From Eledone cirrhosa (lineage: Eukaryota), in assembly GCA_964016885.1 (NCBI GenBank), contig CAXHJY010001134.1, positions 1-32,470 of the forward strand: DNA of 32,470 nucleotides, written 5' to 3'. Position 1 is the stretch's first letter; every line of letters starts with the position of its first letter. The notes beneath the pieces are model-generated. The model made no database searches. It was not told the DNA's origin and saw only the letters and a program-made list of their open reading frames with translations. A program made the translations under genes and the position numbers. Below, one piece after another: positions 1 through 13,875 of the stretch.

Positions 1-719
1 AAGAAATCATCCATGAAGTCAAGAAGCGATTCCACTGCTTCCCTGTCAGAGGTTGAGGCAGAAGAACCTGGTGGCAGGCTGTTTGTGGACCAGTCAACTC
101 CGGGGAGGTTGAAGTCCCCCATCATTAAGATGTTGTCAGGGTGACACTCTTGGATGAAACACTTTATGCTGTTGAGGCATTCCTTGAAGCATGGTACAGG
201 CGTTTGGGGTGGCCTATAGAGCCCAACTACTATTAGGTTGTTGGTTTGACTAAATACAGTGACTGCTTCACAGTATCCATTAGTGAATATGTTCATAGCC
301 TCTGTTGAGAAAGAATTATGGACATAAATGGCAGTTCCGCCCTTTCTTCTGCCAGCGCGATCAGCACGGATGGCTTTGAAATTTTTCACTTTCACCTCGG
401 CTTCCAAGTGGAGGTTACTGAGATGGGTTTCAGTGAGGACGAAGAAAGGGATGTGGTTTGGATGGACATCAATCCAGTCCTCCAGGAATTTGATCTTCCA
501 TTTTTGAGTATTGGTGGAAGGGCTGATGCCTTGGGCGTTAAGCAAAAATGTAGAGGCGAGAGTGGATGGTTTTAATTGTTTTGGTGTGTTGTTAATTTGT
601 TTGTTTGTTAATGGCAGCAATGGGAGTTTGTGCAGTGGGGTGATAGTGGAGGGTGGTGCTGGGTGATAGCTCGAATGTTTTTTTCCAGTTCTTTTGCCAG
701 ATTCATTATGGCTAAAAAA
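1..719 (-). CDS. LINE ORF2 N-terminus: apurinic/apyrimidinic-like (EEP family) endonuclease, partial
   Basis: Manual translation (not in ORF track): ...FLLNAQGIS...FFVLTETHLS...IRADRAGRRKGGTAIYVH...IVVGLYRPPQ...ILMMGDFNLPGVDWS...; these match the APE motifs N-x-x-G, TETxL, RxDR..GGxxxY, YRPP, GDFN. Frame is open from ~775 to the window edge with no ATG before the domain. Confidence 0.9.
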
Positions 720-1771
720 GAGGAAGAAGTTTCCTGTTTAGAAGACTGTTGGTGACTGTGGTAGTGGTTATTTTTATGTAGGTTATGGTTTTTGTTTTTG
801 CTTTTATTTTTAATTTTATTTTCATTTGTCCGACGGGTCCCCGGGAGATGGGTAAAGGGACAATCCCGGTCTAAACACAATCTGTCTCGCAGGGAAAAGC
901 GGCAGATTTGTGGATTCCCTGTTTGAGTTATTGGTGGTTGTGTTGGTGTTAAATTAGAGTATGTATTATGGTGGTGGCTGTTTGTGGGGATAGATCGTTT
1001 TGTCCTAGGTAAATGGGTCAATTTGCAGCCACTATCCGTACATATTCTATAGCGTAGAGAGTAGCGGCAAATGATGGGGTTTCGAGTGGGTGGGTATGTG
1101 GTGTGTGTGTTGTGAGAGGTGTAGATGATGGTTTGAGTAGGATTTGACGACCTTTGTGGACTCTGGGAGGGAGAGTTCTTGTTCTGGTATTAGAAGGTAA
1201 ATTCCTTGAAATAGCAGTAGCCAAAGATGTTGTAGTAGTAGTAGTAGTAGTAGTAGGCAGAGAAGATGTTGGCAGTGGTGATGATTGGACTGCTGGGCCA
1301 GAGAAAGGATGTGGCGTTTCCTGCTGTGAGACAGCGGCTACTGGGAGGTCAATAGTTTCATTAGTAGATCGGCCATTGTTGATGAATCAAGGAGTGGTTC
1401 ACACTGTTGTCGTTGTTGTTGTTGCTGTTGTTGATGTTGTTGTTGCTGTTGTTGTTGTAGCTGTTGTTGTTGTTGTTGCCGTTGTAGCTGCTGTTGTTGT
1501 TGTTGCTACTGCTGGACAGCATTCGAAGAAAAAACACACCGTAGTTTATCCAAATGTTTATTGATTAATTTAAAAGCAATTTCGATTTGCTTTAATTTAT
1601 TTTGAATCTGTTGTTCAGATCGAGTTTTCAAAGTGAACTGTACGTTTAGCAATGTCGTTCAGACATGAAGCATCTATGTCTTCTGTTTGGGTAAGGCAAT
1701 GCATGTGTTTTATTAGAATGTCGATTTCATTATCAGACCAGTTCTAGTTTGGATTTTTGCTGGTTAGCCAT
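608..1771 (-). pseudogene. LINE ORF1, disrupted: Myb/SANT-like N-terminus, poly-Q tract, two C-x8-C-x4-C-x3-H fingers
   Basis: ATG at 1771; WSDNEIDILIKHM...[frameshift]LKTRSEQQIQNKLKQI (1740-~1580); (CAA)n poly-Q ~1405-1505; CRYSLRYRICTDSGCKLTH and CRFSLRDRLCLDRDCPFTH in the 608 frame; internal stops and frameshifts upstream of ~1190. Confidence 0.7.
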
Positions 1772-1885
1772 TCTAGTTTTGAGTGTGTGTGTTTTAGTTA
1801 AGTATTTCAATATATATATAATTTTTTATTTATTTTTTTTTGTTTTTCTTGTGTGTGAGTGAGAAGAGTATATATATAAATATGA

Positions 1886-1941
<56 letters not shown>

Positions 1942-2042
1942 TCTGGTTATTTGAAATTAATTAAATTAATGAAAAGACGAAAGTATATAATAATAATTTG
2001 TAGTTAAAGGAAAATGTACTCACAAGTTGGAAATATTATATA

Positions 2043-2073
<31 letters not shown>

Positions 2074-2132
2074 ATAATATATATATATATATTATATATA
2101 TATAAATATATATATATATATTTATATATATA

Positions 2133-2179
<47 letters not shown>

Positions 2180-2182
2180 ATT

Positions 2183-2214
<32 letters not shown>

Positions 2215-2265
2215 ATATATTATATTTATATATATATATATATTATATATATATAATTATATATA

Positions 2266-2357
<92 letters not shown>

Positions 2358-2420
2358 ATATATATTATATATATATATATATATATTTAATATATATATA
2401 TATATATAATATATATATAT

Positions 2421-3564
2421 ACAAGCAGTAAAGCCCGGCGTGCTCGGGGTCGCTCAGTAGCTGTGTTAAAGTTACAATGTTAAGTTTTTTTCTTGGCTTA
2501 AAAACTGTAGTGTCTACTGTGCAGACTTGCATGTGGTGTTTTTGATTAATATTCCCTCAACCAACAATATGCCTTATGAAGTTAAGAAAACATAACGATA
2601 ACCCGAATGTTATAACAAAGAGGATGCTGGGGATAGAAACTGCACTGGTTATTTATTAACAAAGATCGAAAATGTAAACACTGCAACGCAGAGAAAAAAC
2701 ATTAGCGTAACCAAATTATCAGTTATGTCTGTCTGCACGCCTATATCACCTCTCTGCACGACTGTCTGTCTGCACGCCTATATCACCTCTCTGCACGACT
2801 GTCTGTCTGCACGCCTATATCACCTCTCTGCACGACTGTCTGTCTGCACGCCTATATCACCTCTCTGCACGATTGTCTGTCTGCACGCCTATATCACCTC
2901 TCTGCACGACTGTCTGTCTGCACGCCTATATCACCTCTCTGCACGACTGTCTGTCTGCACGCCTATATCACCTCTCTGCACGACTGTCTGTCTGCACGCC
3001 TATATCACCTCTCTGCACGATTGTCTGTCTGCACGCCTATATCACCTCTCTGCACGACTGTCTGTCTGCACGCCTATATCACCTCTCTGCACGACTGTCT
3101 GTCTGCACGACTGTCTGTCTACACGACTGTCTGTCTGCACGCCTAACGACGAAATATTTGCTTGTTTTACGTAGTCTTTAAATAGACTTGTTTTCAAGTA
3201 AAAATATTGTTTTAAAATGCTTTTAAATGGAAATGAAGCAAACGGAAGCTTAGTGTTCAACTGTTCGTGTATTGTGTTAATGTCATTTTAAACGCTGAGA
3301 AAGCCAGCGTAATTTTTTACGTAAGACGCTCATGTAAACAGAACAAAGGGAAATAACTGATCACTTACGCTCAAAATCGATACATTATATTCAATTTCGT
3401 CACATAGGGTGGGTCAATTTGAAATTTTTTTTTTTCCGATGTCTTCGCTAGGGCTCAATGTACAAGTCTAGCAATTTCGGTGCAATTCCGTGAGAGATTC
3501 TAAGAGGAGATGTGTGCCAAAAATCGATAGACAGACAGACAACCACAGCTTTGTATATATAGAT
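2421..3564 (+). mobile_element. Non-autonomous Helitron/Helentron-like (DINE-1/Lep1-type) element
   Basis: Starts ACAAGCAG followed by a GC hairpin (CCCG-gcgtgct-CGGG), has an internal minisatellite, ends (ACAG)n...CTTTGTATATATAGAT; flanked by (TA)n. Called from general resemblance to this architecture only. Confidence 0.55.
2726..3145. repeat. 37-bp minisatellite, about 10 full copies plus truncated units
   Basis: Unit TGTCTGTCTGCACGCCTATATCACCTCTCTGCACGAC; explains the repetitive ORFs 2725-3174 and 2873-3181. Confidence 0.97.
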
Positions 3565-3586
3565 ATATATATATAATATATATATA

Positions 3587-3664
<78 letters not shown>

Positions 3665-3680
3665 TATATATATATATTAT

Positions 3681-3749
<69 letters not shown>

Positions 3750-3827
3750 TATATATATATATATATATATAATATTATATATATATATATATTATATATA
3801 TATATATATATATTATATATATTATAT

Positions 3828-3864
<37 letters not shown>

Positions 3865-3889
3865 ATATATATATATATTATATATATAT

Positions 3890-3953
<64 letters not shown>

Positions 3954-4031
3954 ATTATATATATGTATATATATTATATATATATATAATATATATATTT
4001 TAAATATATAAATATATTATATATATATATA

Positions 4032-4560
4032 TAAAAACAAATAACGAAACGAAATTAAATTTCGTTTCGCTTCTAACTCACTTTTGTATGACTGACGCTT
4101 AAACAATTAAGTTAAAGTGTACATCTACATATGTATACGGAAGTATTAGTATGCATATAAATACACACATGTATACATATGTACATGTACTGAGTTTTTC
4201 ACTAGACACTTTACAGTGAGTGTCAGCTAGTCTGTATGTAACCACACAGACGGACCGGGTTTTAGAGTCATACGAGTTTTCAAGGAAACACATTTCCTCT
4301 ATTTTCCAGAGGGCCAGACAGGAATATTGAACTAGTTTCGATGTTATTACATCTCATCAGCAATATTTACCATCTTCCGGCTTCTCTGGAGAATTGTAAA
4401 AGCACATATCGTTATATGCTTTTTCTATGAAAATTTAGTAGTGGTTAGACTAATTTGCATAGAACGTGAGTCATTGTACGCACCGGTTCAGCGGAAACGA
4501 TAAAAACAAATAACGAAACGAAATTAAATTTCGTTTCGCTTCTAACTCACTTTAACTTAA
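4032..4560 (-). mobile_element. Retrozyme-like / non-autonomous PLE insert, 469-bp monomer plus 53-bp terminal redundancy
   Basis: Direct repeat 4032-4084 = 4501-4553; one minus-strand HHR; 4548-4560 is the reverse complement of 4107-4119 (short 5' inversion); flanked by (TA)n. Confidence 0.75.
4323..4367 (-). ncRNA. Type I hammerhead ribozyme (minimal)
   Basis: Minus strand: AAUAUUG-CUGAUGA-GAUGU aaua ACAUC-GAAAC ua GUU-CAAUAUU; 7-bp stem I, 5-bp stem II, palindromic stem III (AACUAGUU). Confidence 0.9.
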
Positions 4561-4573
4561 TATATATATATAT

Positions 4574-4605
<32 letters not shown>

Positions 4606-4674
4606 ATAATATATATATTTTAAATATATATATATATATATTTTAAATATATATATATATATTATATAATATAT

Positions 4675-4763
4675 ATATTTATTAAAATAACAGATTAAAG
4701 TTTAAGCAAAGAATCGCTGCTTTCACCCTTGCTTAAACTTTAATCTGTTATTTTAATAAATAT
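4675..4763. repeat. 35-bp inverted repeat with 19-nt spacer (probable 5'-inverted PLE-type remnant, tail to ~4850)
   Basis: 4675-4709 is the reverse complement of 4729-4763. Confidence 0.85.
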
Positions 4764-4849
4764 TTGCTCTACGGTTCTTATATATTTGATATATATTTTC
4801 CTTATCGAACCCTCTTTGGATTTTAGTTTTCAATTTTATTATTATTACT

Positions 4850-6363
<1,514 letters not shown>

Positions 6364-6595
6364 ATAAATCAGGAAAGAAGGTTTACATGGTTTGCTATAC
6401 AAAAAGTTTTTAATCACATAGCTTACATTTATTTCACTGACTGGTATGTCTAGAGATCGCTTATCCGCCTAATTTTGCGTCACTCGATCGCCAATACAGA
6501 ATTATAACCAGTCAGATCTTCGGAGCATGCGAGAATGAAGAAAATACACAGGCAAGAAAAGAAAATATGGAGTAGTTATGGCATTCAATTAGAAA

Positions 6596-6849
6596 AACCG
6601 AGCACTTATGGGTTCCACCACCCTCGCCAGAAAAATATGGGAATTGAAGGACAGCAACGCTAGCTACACTGGTCGAAGTTGTCGGCTGCTAAAACCTATA
6701 GTACAGGTATGTCCTATTGCGGGCTGTGTGATCTTGAGCTATTGTATATCCTTAGAAATGTTAAAAGGCTACTTAATAATAAGTTAGAAAGATCTATCTT
6801 CTGCAGACATAGAATAGCCACTAAATTCATAAGATTCAAACCTCCGTGA
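6596..6849 (+). pseudogene. C-terminal fragment of PLE GIY-YIG endonuclease (element A)
   Basis: NRALMGSTTLARKIWELKDSNASY[frameshift ~6669]WSKLSAAKTYSTGMSYCGLCDLELLYILRN...LLNNKLERSIFCRHRIATKFIRFKPP*; collinear with the C-termini of ORFs 17098-17982 and 22052-22873 (STxL..W.LK, CxLC..E, CxH). Confidence 0.88.
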
Positions 6850-7177
6850 ATCGAACCAACATAACATAGCTTTAAATTAGGATACCTACTACCCACAGAA
6901 ATATATTCATTAAGTATACTATTTCCTTCACAAGTCTATACCACACAATTGTCTGTAAATACCTCATCTACCAACAATCTTACTCCTTCTCAGCTGCTGC
7001 AATCATTTGATCCTAGATCCTAGTTTTTCTCATTTCACTACTACAATGTTACTTTACCTTCTTTTTGCCATAATTACAATTAGCACGCTTTTCTCTTTGC
7101 ATGTATGTATATTTTTGTACGAGTGTATATTGATGTGTATGTATGTGTCTATGTACACATATATGTGTATATATATT

Positions 7178-7279
<102 letters not shown>

Positions 7280-7636
7280 CGTAGATATATGCGTATATTA
7301 ATTCGTTAACCTCTGTATTAACTCTACAACTATTGAGCTTTGACAGTGGTCCCACTCATGTATACTGTTGAAGATGAAGAGAAAGACTGTAAAAACTAGC
7401 TTATCTTTATAATTTAAAATTGATACACACTACGATACTTTTTGCCTTATGAAAGCTGGTTTTCACGCCGTAACATTAGATACATTATATACCCCCCACC
7501 TAAGTAATGTCAGGGTCTCCTTAAATAGTTTATTGATAGCATTGTTGTAATAATTGTTGTTGTTATTGTTCTAATTGAATGCCATAACTACTCCATATTT
7601 TCTTTTCTTTTCTTGCCTGTGTATTTTCTTCATTCT

Positions 7637-7753
7637 CGCATGCTCCGAAGATCTGACTGGTTATAATTCTGTATTGGCGATCGAGTGACGCAAAATTAGG
7701 CGGATAGCGATCTCTAGACATACCAGTTCAGTGAAACAAATGTAAGCTATGTG
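7637..7753 (+). ncRNA. Variant hammerhead ribozyme with CCGAAGA core and ~80-nt stem II (inverted copies at 6415-6531 and 10531-10647)
   Basis: CGCAUGCU-CCGAAGA-u-CUGACUGGU...ACCAG(u)UCAG-u-GAAAC aaau GUA-AGC(u)AUGUG; lies in the pLTR where PLE HHRs are expected. Confidence 0.65.
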
Positions 7754-8024
7754 ATTAAAAACTTTTTTGTATAGCAAACCATGTAAACCTTCTTTCCTGA
7801 TTTATTATTACTCCAAGTGTTTACAACATAGGAATTACAGCATACCCGCAGCATCACTATGAAAACGCCTTGTTGAGTCAAACCAAGCCAAGCGTTAATA
7901 TCATCCACTACCTGGAATACCATAACTGGACTTCACCTAAGTGGACTGCATTTAACTATTATTTGTTAATCCGTATATTTAGCTCCCACCTGGTCGAGCA
8001 ACACCATTAACGCACGGCAACAAC

Positions 8025-8577
8025 ATGGAGAAGCACTGTATAGGTATGTCACTAAAAAACATACCTGTACCTACAAAAAAGGACTATACACTGGGCATGA
8101 TACGACGGACTAATGATTTCATCCGCAGGGTCCGATGGAAAGCTTACCATTTCGATAAGGGACCGAATACCAACAGAAGGGAATTTTCCAAGGAGAATTA
8201 CGGGTTTAAATCCTGCAAAAACCCGCCAAACAACCCCGCACTCGATGCCTTCGAGCTGGACCTTATGAACATGATAAGTGAAACTAAATTTAAAAAAAGA
8301 ACAAATCACAACAAATTGCAAAATGACTTAAATACATTACTTAAAAAACTAAAAGACACTAACGGTATCATAGTAAAAGCAGACAAAACATCAAACGTAT
8401 ACTCTATGGACATTAACACATACAATAACTTTATTCAGCGTGAACTACATAAAAAATATAAAAAAACAAATGAATCTACACTCACCAGCATAAACATGGA
8501 GGGCCTCAAGATAGTTAATAAACTCGGAATTTCAGATAGGACCGAACCGCTTACCCCGTGCAACCCTACATTTAACC
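8025..8577 (+). pseudogene. N-terminal ~184 aa of PLE RT polyprotein (element A), truncated before the RT core
   Basis: [47 protein letters not shown] match the N-termini of elements B and C; similarity stops at PCNPTFNL. Confidence 0.92.
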
Positions 8578-8674
8578 TGTCTGGCTTTGCTTACACATCC
8601 ACATATGTCTGTCTACTAACCTTGTAATTATAAGTATTATCTTATGTCAATTTATAATATATTATATTATATTG

Positions 8675-8860
8675 TATTGTAATAGTGATCCTTATTACTT
8701 ACTGTTCATTATATGTAACATTATGACATTTAAACTTTATATATCATGTAAGATGTCTGTATATTTGTAATATTGTAATATTGATCCTTATTACTTACTG
8801 TTCATTATATGTAACATTATGATATTTAGACTTTACATATCATGTAAGATGTCTGTATAT
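8675..8860. repeat. 96-bp tandem duplication, slightly diverged
   Basis: Units begin TATTGTAATA at 8675 and 8771. Confidence 0.9.
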
Positions 8861-9643
8861 ATTTTTTTCTGTACCATCATAATTTTTACAGTACCATTAT
8901 AGTGTTTTTTTGAGTATTATATAATTTATTTTTTCTCATTTACTCTGTAACCCAGTATGAATCGATTTGTATACATTGTTTATGGTAAATGTTAGTACAC
9001 TGTTTACGTATTATCATTGTATTTTATTGTGACATCTATATTGTTTCTGTAAACTAACGGGGATTTTATTATATTATATTGAATTATATAATTTTATTGT
9101 TTATTATTTATTATATGTGTCTCTTGTAATTATATCATATTATTGCCTCATGTATATTGGGTAGATGTATTGGTTTATTTTCACTCTTATCATGCATATT
9201 TTTATATTCAAACATCTAATAGGGCTTAATTTGTGTAGTTGATCATAGATGGGTGTATTGTTATATATGTGTGTGTGTGTGTGTGTGTGCGCACATATAT
9301 ACATGGATATATTGTACCTTTTGATTTTTAATTTGTAATTTTAATGTTGGTAAAGGTATATTATTATAATGTATTATGTTTATTGCATTGTGTTATATAT
9401 AATTCCTGCTCTATATAACCAAATTTGTTTAGATTTAGGTTAGGTTGCTTTGGACTATATTTGTAATATGGTTCTTAATGTTATCTACATCCTTAGTTAT
9501 TCTTATTATTATATATTTTTATTATTTTTATTTTTATTTTCATTTTTATTATCATATATTTTTGTAAGACTTTAGTGTATGCACACTCCATATTCTTCAG
9601 AGTTTCCGGCTTGTATCTGCCGATATTACTTCTTGTTGTTTTG

Positions 9644-9688
9644 ATTGCCCTGATGAGTCCTTAATAGGACGAAACATTGTCGGCTAAT
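9644..9688 (+). ncRNA. Type I hammerhead ribozyme (canonical minimal)
   Basis: AUUGCC-CUGAUGA-GUCC uuaaua GGAC-GAAAC auu GUC-GGC(u)AAU, followed by AATAAA; ~45 bp before a (TA)n tract. Confidence 0.93.
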
Positions 9689-9729
9689 AAAAACTTTTGA
9701 TGTATTAAAGGATTCTTTGTTTTACTATC

Positions 9730-9845
<116 letters not shown>

Positions 9846-9871
9846 ATAATATATATATATATTATATATAT

Positions 9872-10056
<185 letters not shown>

Positions 10057-10064
10057 AATATAAT

Positions 10065-10124
<60 letters not shown>

Positions 10125-10131
10125 AATATAT

Positions 10132-10178
<47 letters not shown>

Positions 10179-10189
10179 TATATATATAA

Positions 10190-10301
<112 letters not shown>

Positions 10302-10305
10302 ATAT

Positions 10306-10893
10306 ATATACGGATTAACAAATAATAGTTAAATGCAGTCCACTTAGGTGAAGTCCAGTTATGGTATTCCAGGTAGTGGATGATATTAACGCTTGGCTTG
10401 GTTTGACTCAACAAGGCGTTTTCATAGTGATGCTGCGGGTATGCTGTAATTCCTATGTTGTAAACACTTGGAGTAATAATAAATCAGGAAAGAAGGTTTA
10501 CATGGTTTGCTATACAAAAAAGTTTTTAATCACATAGCTTACATTTGTTTCACTGAACTGGTATGTCTAGAGATCGCTATCCGCCTAATTTTGCGTCACT
10601 CGATCGCCAATACAGAATTATAACCAGTCAGATCTTCGGAGCATGCGAGAATGAAGAAAATACACAGGCAAGAAAAGAAAAGAAAATATGGAGTAGTTAT
10701 GGCATTCAATTAGAACAATAACAACAACAATTATTACAACAATGCTATCAATAAACTATTTAAGGAGACCCTGACATTACTTAGGTGGGGGGTATATAAT
10801 GTATCTAATGTTACGGCGTGAAAACCAGCTGTCATAAGGCAAAAAGTATCGTAGTGTGTATCAATTTTAAATTATAAAGATAAGCTAGTTTTT
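10306..10893 (-). mobile_element. Near-identical inverted copy of element A pLTR/5'UTR
   Basis: Reverse complement of 7391-7978; only one mismatch noticed by eye. Confidence 0.93.
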
Positions 10894-10983
10894 TTCTCTC
10901 TCTCTTTTTTTTTTCTCTCTCTCTCTTTCGTCTGCGACTCCACAAAACTTATGTTTACCGAATTCGTAGACCAGACCCCTTTA

Positions 10984-11062
10984 TCTTCTTCTTCTTCTTC
11001 TTCTTCTTCTTCTTCTTCTTCTTCTTCTTCTTCTTCATCTTCTTCTTCTGCCTCTTCTTCTT
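10984..11062. repeat. (TTC)n microsatellite
   Basis: Direct inspection; source of the poly-S and poly-E ORFs. Confidence 0.95.
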
Positions 11063-11414
11063 CTCCCCCCCCCCCGTTAGACCTGTGCGAAATTCTGTCC
11101 TTGCTCACATTTCAACCAGGTTTGATGGTCTTTTGTCTCTTGTTCACGATTTCACCGAGTTTATATTCATAGAGATCTGGGACTTGTCTATTTCTTCTCA
11201 CTTTCCGTTGCTTAAACCTTTTTGTTTGTTACCCTGGCGTCCCCTTTGTTTACGTGTCCCAACGACTTTTTTTAGCCGTTGTTCGCACCAACCTGAGGCA
11301 TATGGCCCTTAAAGCGATGAAATGCCTGGACGGTTGGAGGGTCACTGATGAAGGACTTACTTTTTCATATGCACCACCATTTGCAACACGCAGCCATCAT
11401 TATTATCATATATA

Positions 11415-11488
<74 letters not shown>

Positions 11489-11606
11489 TATATATATATT
11501 ATATATAATATATATATATATTATATATATAGCGAAGGAAAAGTGGTAAGGAACCAGGTGGACCATAACGCACCAAAGTACTCAATACTTAGGGTAGTAG
11601 AGTGGG

Positions 11607-11876
<270 letters not shown>

Positions 11877-12079
11877 GTGTATGATTGTGTGTATATATAT
11901 ATATGTGTATATATATATATATATATATGTGTATATATATGTATGTATATATATATATATATGTATGTACTATGTATTTATGTGGGTATATGTGTGTATG
12001 TATATGTATGCGCATATGTATGTCTATGTGTATATGTGTGTATGTGTATATATGTACGTATGTGCGTATGTATATGTGA

Positions 12080-12144
<65 letters not shown>

Positions 12145-12147
<3 letters not shown>

Positions 12148-12525
12148 GATGTTGAATGAATGGGGGCTGTATTTGTAGGGCCGTGTTTGTATCATTATAT
12201 ATGTTTCAGGGATGTCATATTGACGATGTGTTGTGCCTTCTTCAGACGGAATACAATATAGACAGTTTTATAAATAAATAGATTTGACATACCGTTCAAC
12301 ATCGACTTGTATTTGAAAAGTTGATTTGGCAGTATTTTGTCTGAGGAAGGCATAGCATATTGTTAGTGTGATGTCCCTGAGGTATGTATGATGGGATAGA
12401 TATGGTTTTGTAGATGTAATTTCCATTTATTTAGTATCGTAAATATACTCCAAATACTTGTTGAGTGCTTTTATATCAGTTATAAATATTTACTAGTTAT
12501 AACCCAACAATTTAAATATAACTTT

Positions 12526-12530
<5 letters not shown>
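12145..12530 (+). mobile_element. Fold-back pLTR copy of PLE family C with A-to-G hypermutation
   Basis: 12145-12333 aligns with 20202-20390; 12332-12530 aligns with 24158-24356; 12145-12254 pairs with 12332-12441. Confidence 0.92.
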
Positions 12531-12577
<47 letters not shown>

Positions 12578-12617
12578 AGTTGATGTGTGTATGTGTATAT
12601 ATATATGTATGTATATG

Positions 12618-12696
<79 letters not shown>

Positions 12697-12783
12697 ATGT
12701 ATATGTATGTGTACATGTATGTGTGTGCATATTTGTCTGACTGTGCGTATTAATTAATTTATTTATTTATTTATTTTATTTCT

Positions 12784-12831
<48 letters not shown>

Positions 12832-13131
12832 ATGTATATGTGTGTGTATATATGTGTATGTGTGTATGTATGTGTATGTATATGTGTGTGTATGTGTGTA
12901 TATATTTATATGTGTATATGTATCTCTATTTATATATGTATATATGTGTATGTATATCCCTTTATTTATGTATGTCTGAGTTGTGTGAGCGTGTGGTTGT
13001 GTTTGTATGTGTATACGCATACATGGATGTGTATGTATGTGTATATATGCGTATATGTATGTGTGTATGTGTGTGTGTGTATATATGTATGTCTATGTAT
13101 GAATATGTATGCGTATGTATGTGTATGTATA

Positions 13132-13213
<82 letters not shown>

Positions 13214-13272
13214 GTGTGTATATATATATATATATATCTTTGTATGTGTGTATGTGTATATGTGTGTATATA

Positions 13273-13316
<44 letters not shown>

Positions 13317-13390
13317 GGTTTGTATGTGTATGTGTGTATATACATGAGTGTGTTTATATATGTGTATAGATATATGTATATATATATAGA

Positions 13391-13471
<81 letters not shown>

Positions 13472-13758
13472 TGTGAATGTATATATGTATGTATGTGTGT
13501 ATATATATATATATACATGTGTGTATATATGTATATGTCTATGTATTTTTATGTGTATATGTATGTGTCTCTATATGTATGCGTGTGTGTATGTGTATGT
13601 GTATATATATGGTGTGTGTATATGTATGTGTATGTATGTGTTTATGTATATGTGTATGTATATGTATGTATATGTATGTATATATATATATATATATATA
13701 TGTATATGTATGTATATCGATGTATATTTTATATTTTACTTGTTTATATATATGTATG

Positions 13759-13790
<32 letters not shown>

Positions 13791-13797
13791 ATGTATG

Positions 13798-13875
<78 letters not shown>

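Larger units (their letters stand above)
1..1870 (-). mobile_element. 5' part of an APE-type non-LTR retrotransposon (LINE, CR1-group-like), continuing beyond the left edge
   Basis: Minus-strand APE endonuclease frame (1-~775) preceded by a disrupted ORF1 (608-1771); upstream end abuts a (TA)n tract at ~1870. Clade not determinable without the RT. Confidence 0.85.

Noticed and set aside
318-575. 85-aa plus-strand ORF
   Set aside because: Antisense to the clear APE endonuclease frame.
2726-3145. 37-bp repeats as a CRISPR array
   Set aside because: Head-to-tail units with no unique spacers, eukaryotic context, no cas genes.
11315-11355. ATGA...CTGATGA as SECIS, kink-turn or hammerhead
   Set aside because: Poor intervening stem, no apical AA, and no downstream GAAA for an HHR.
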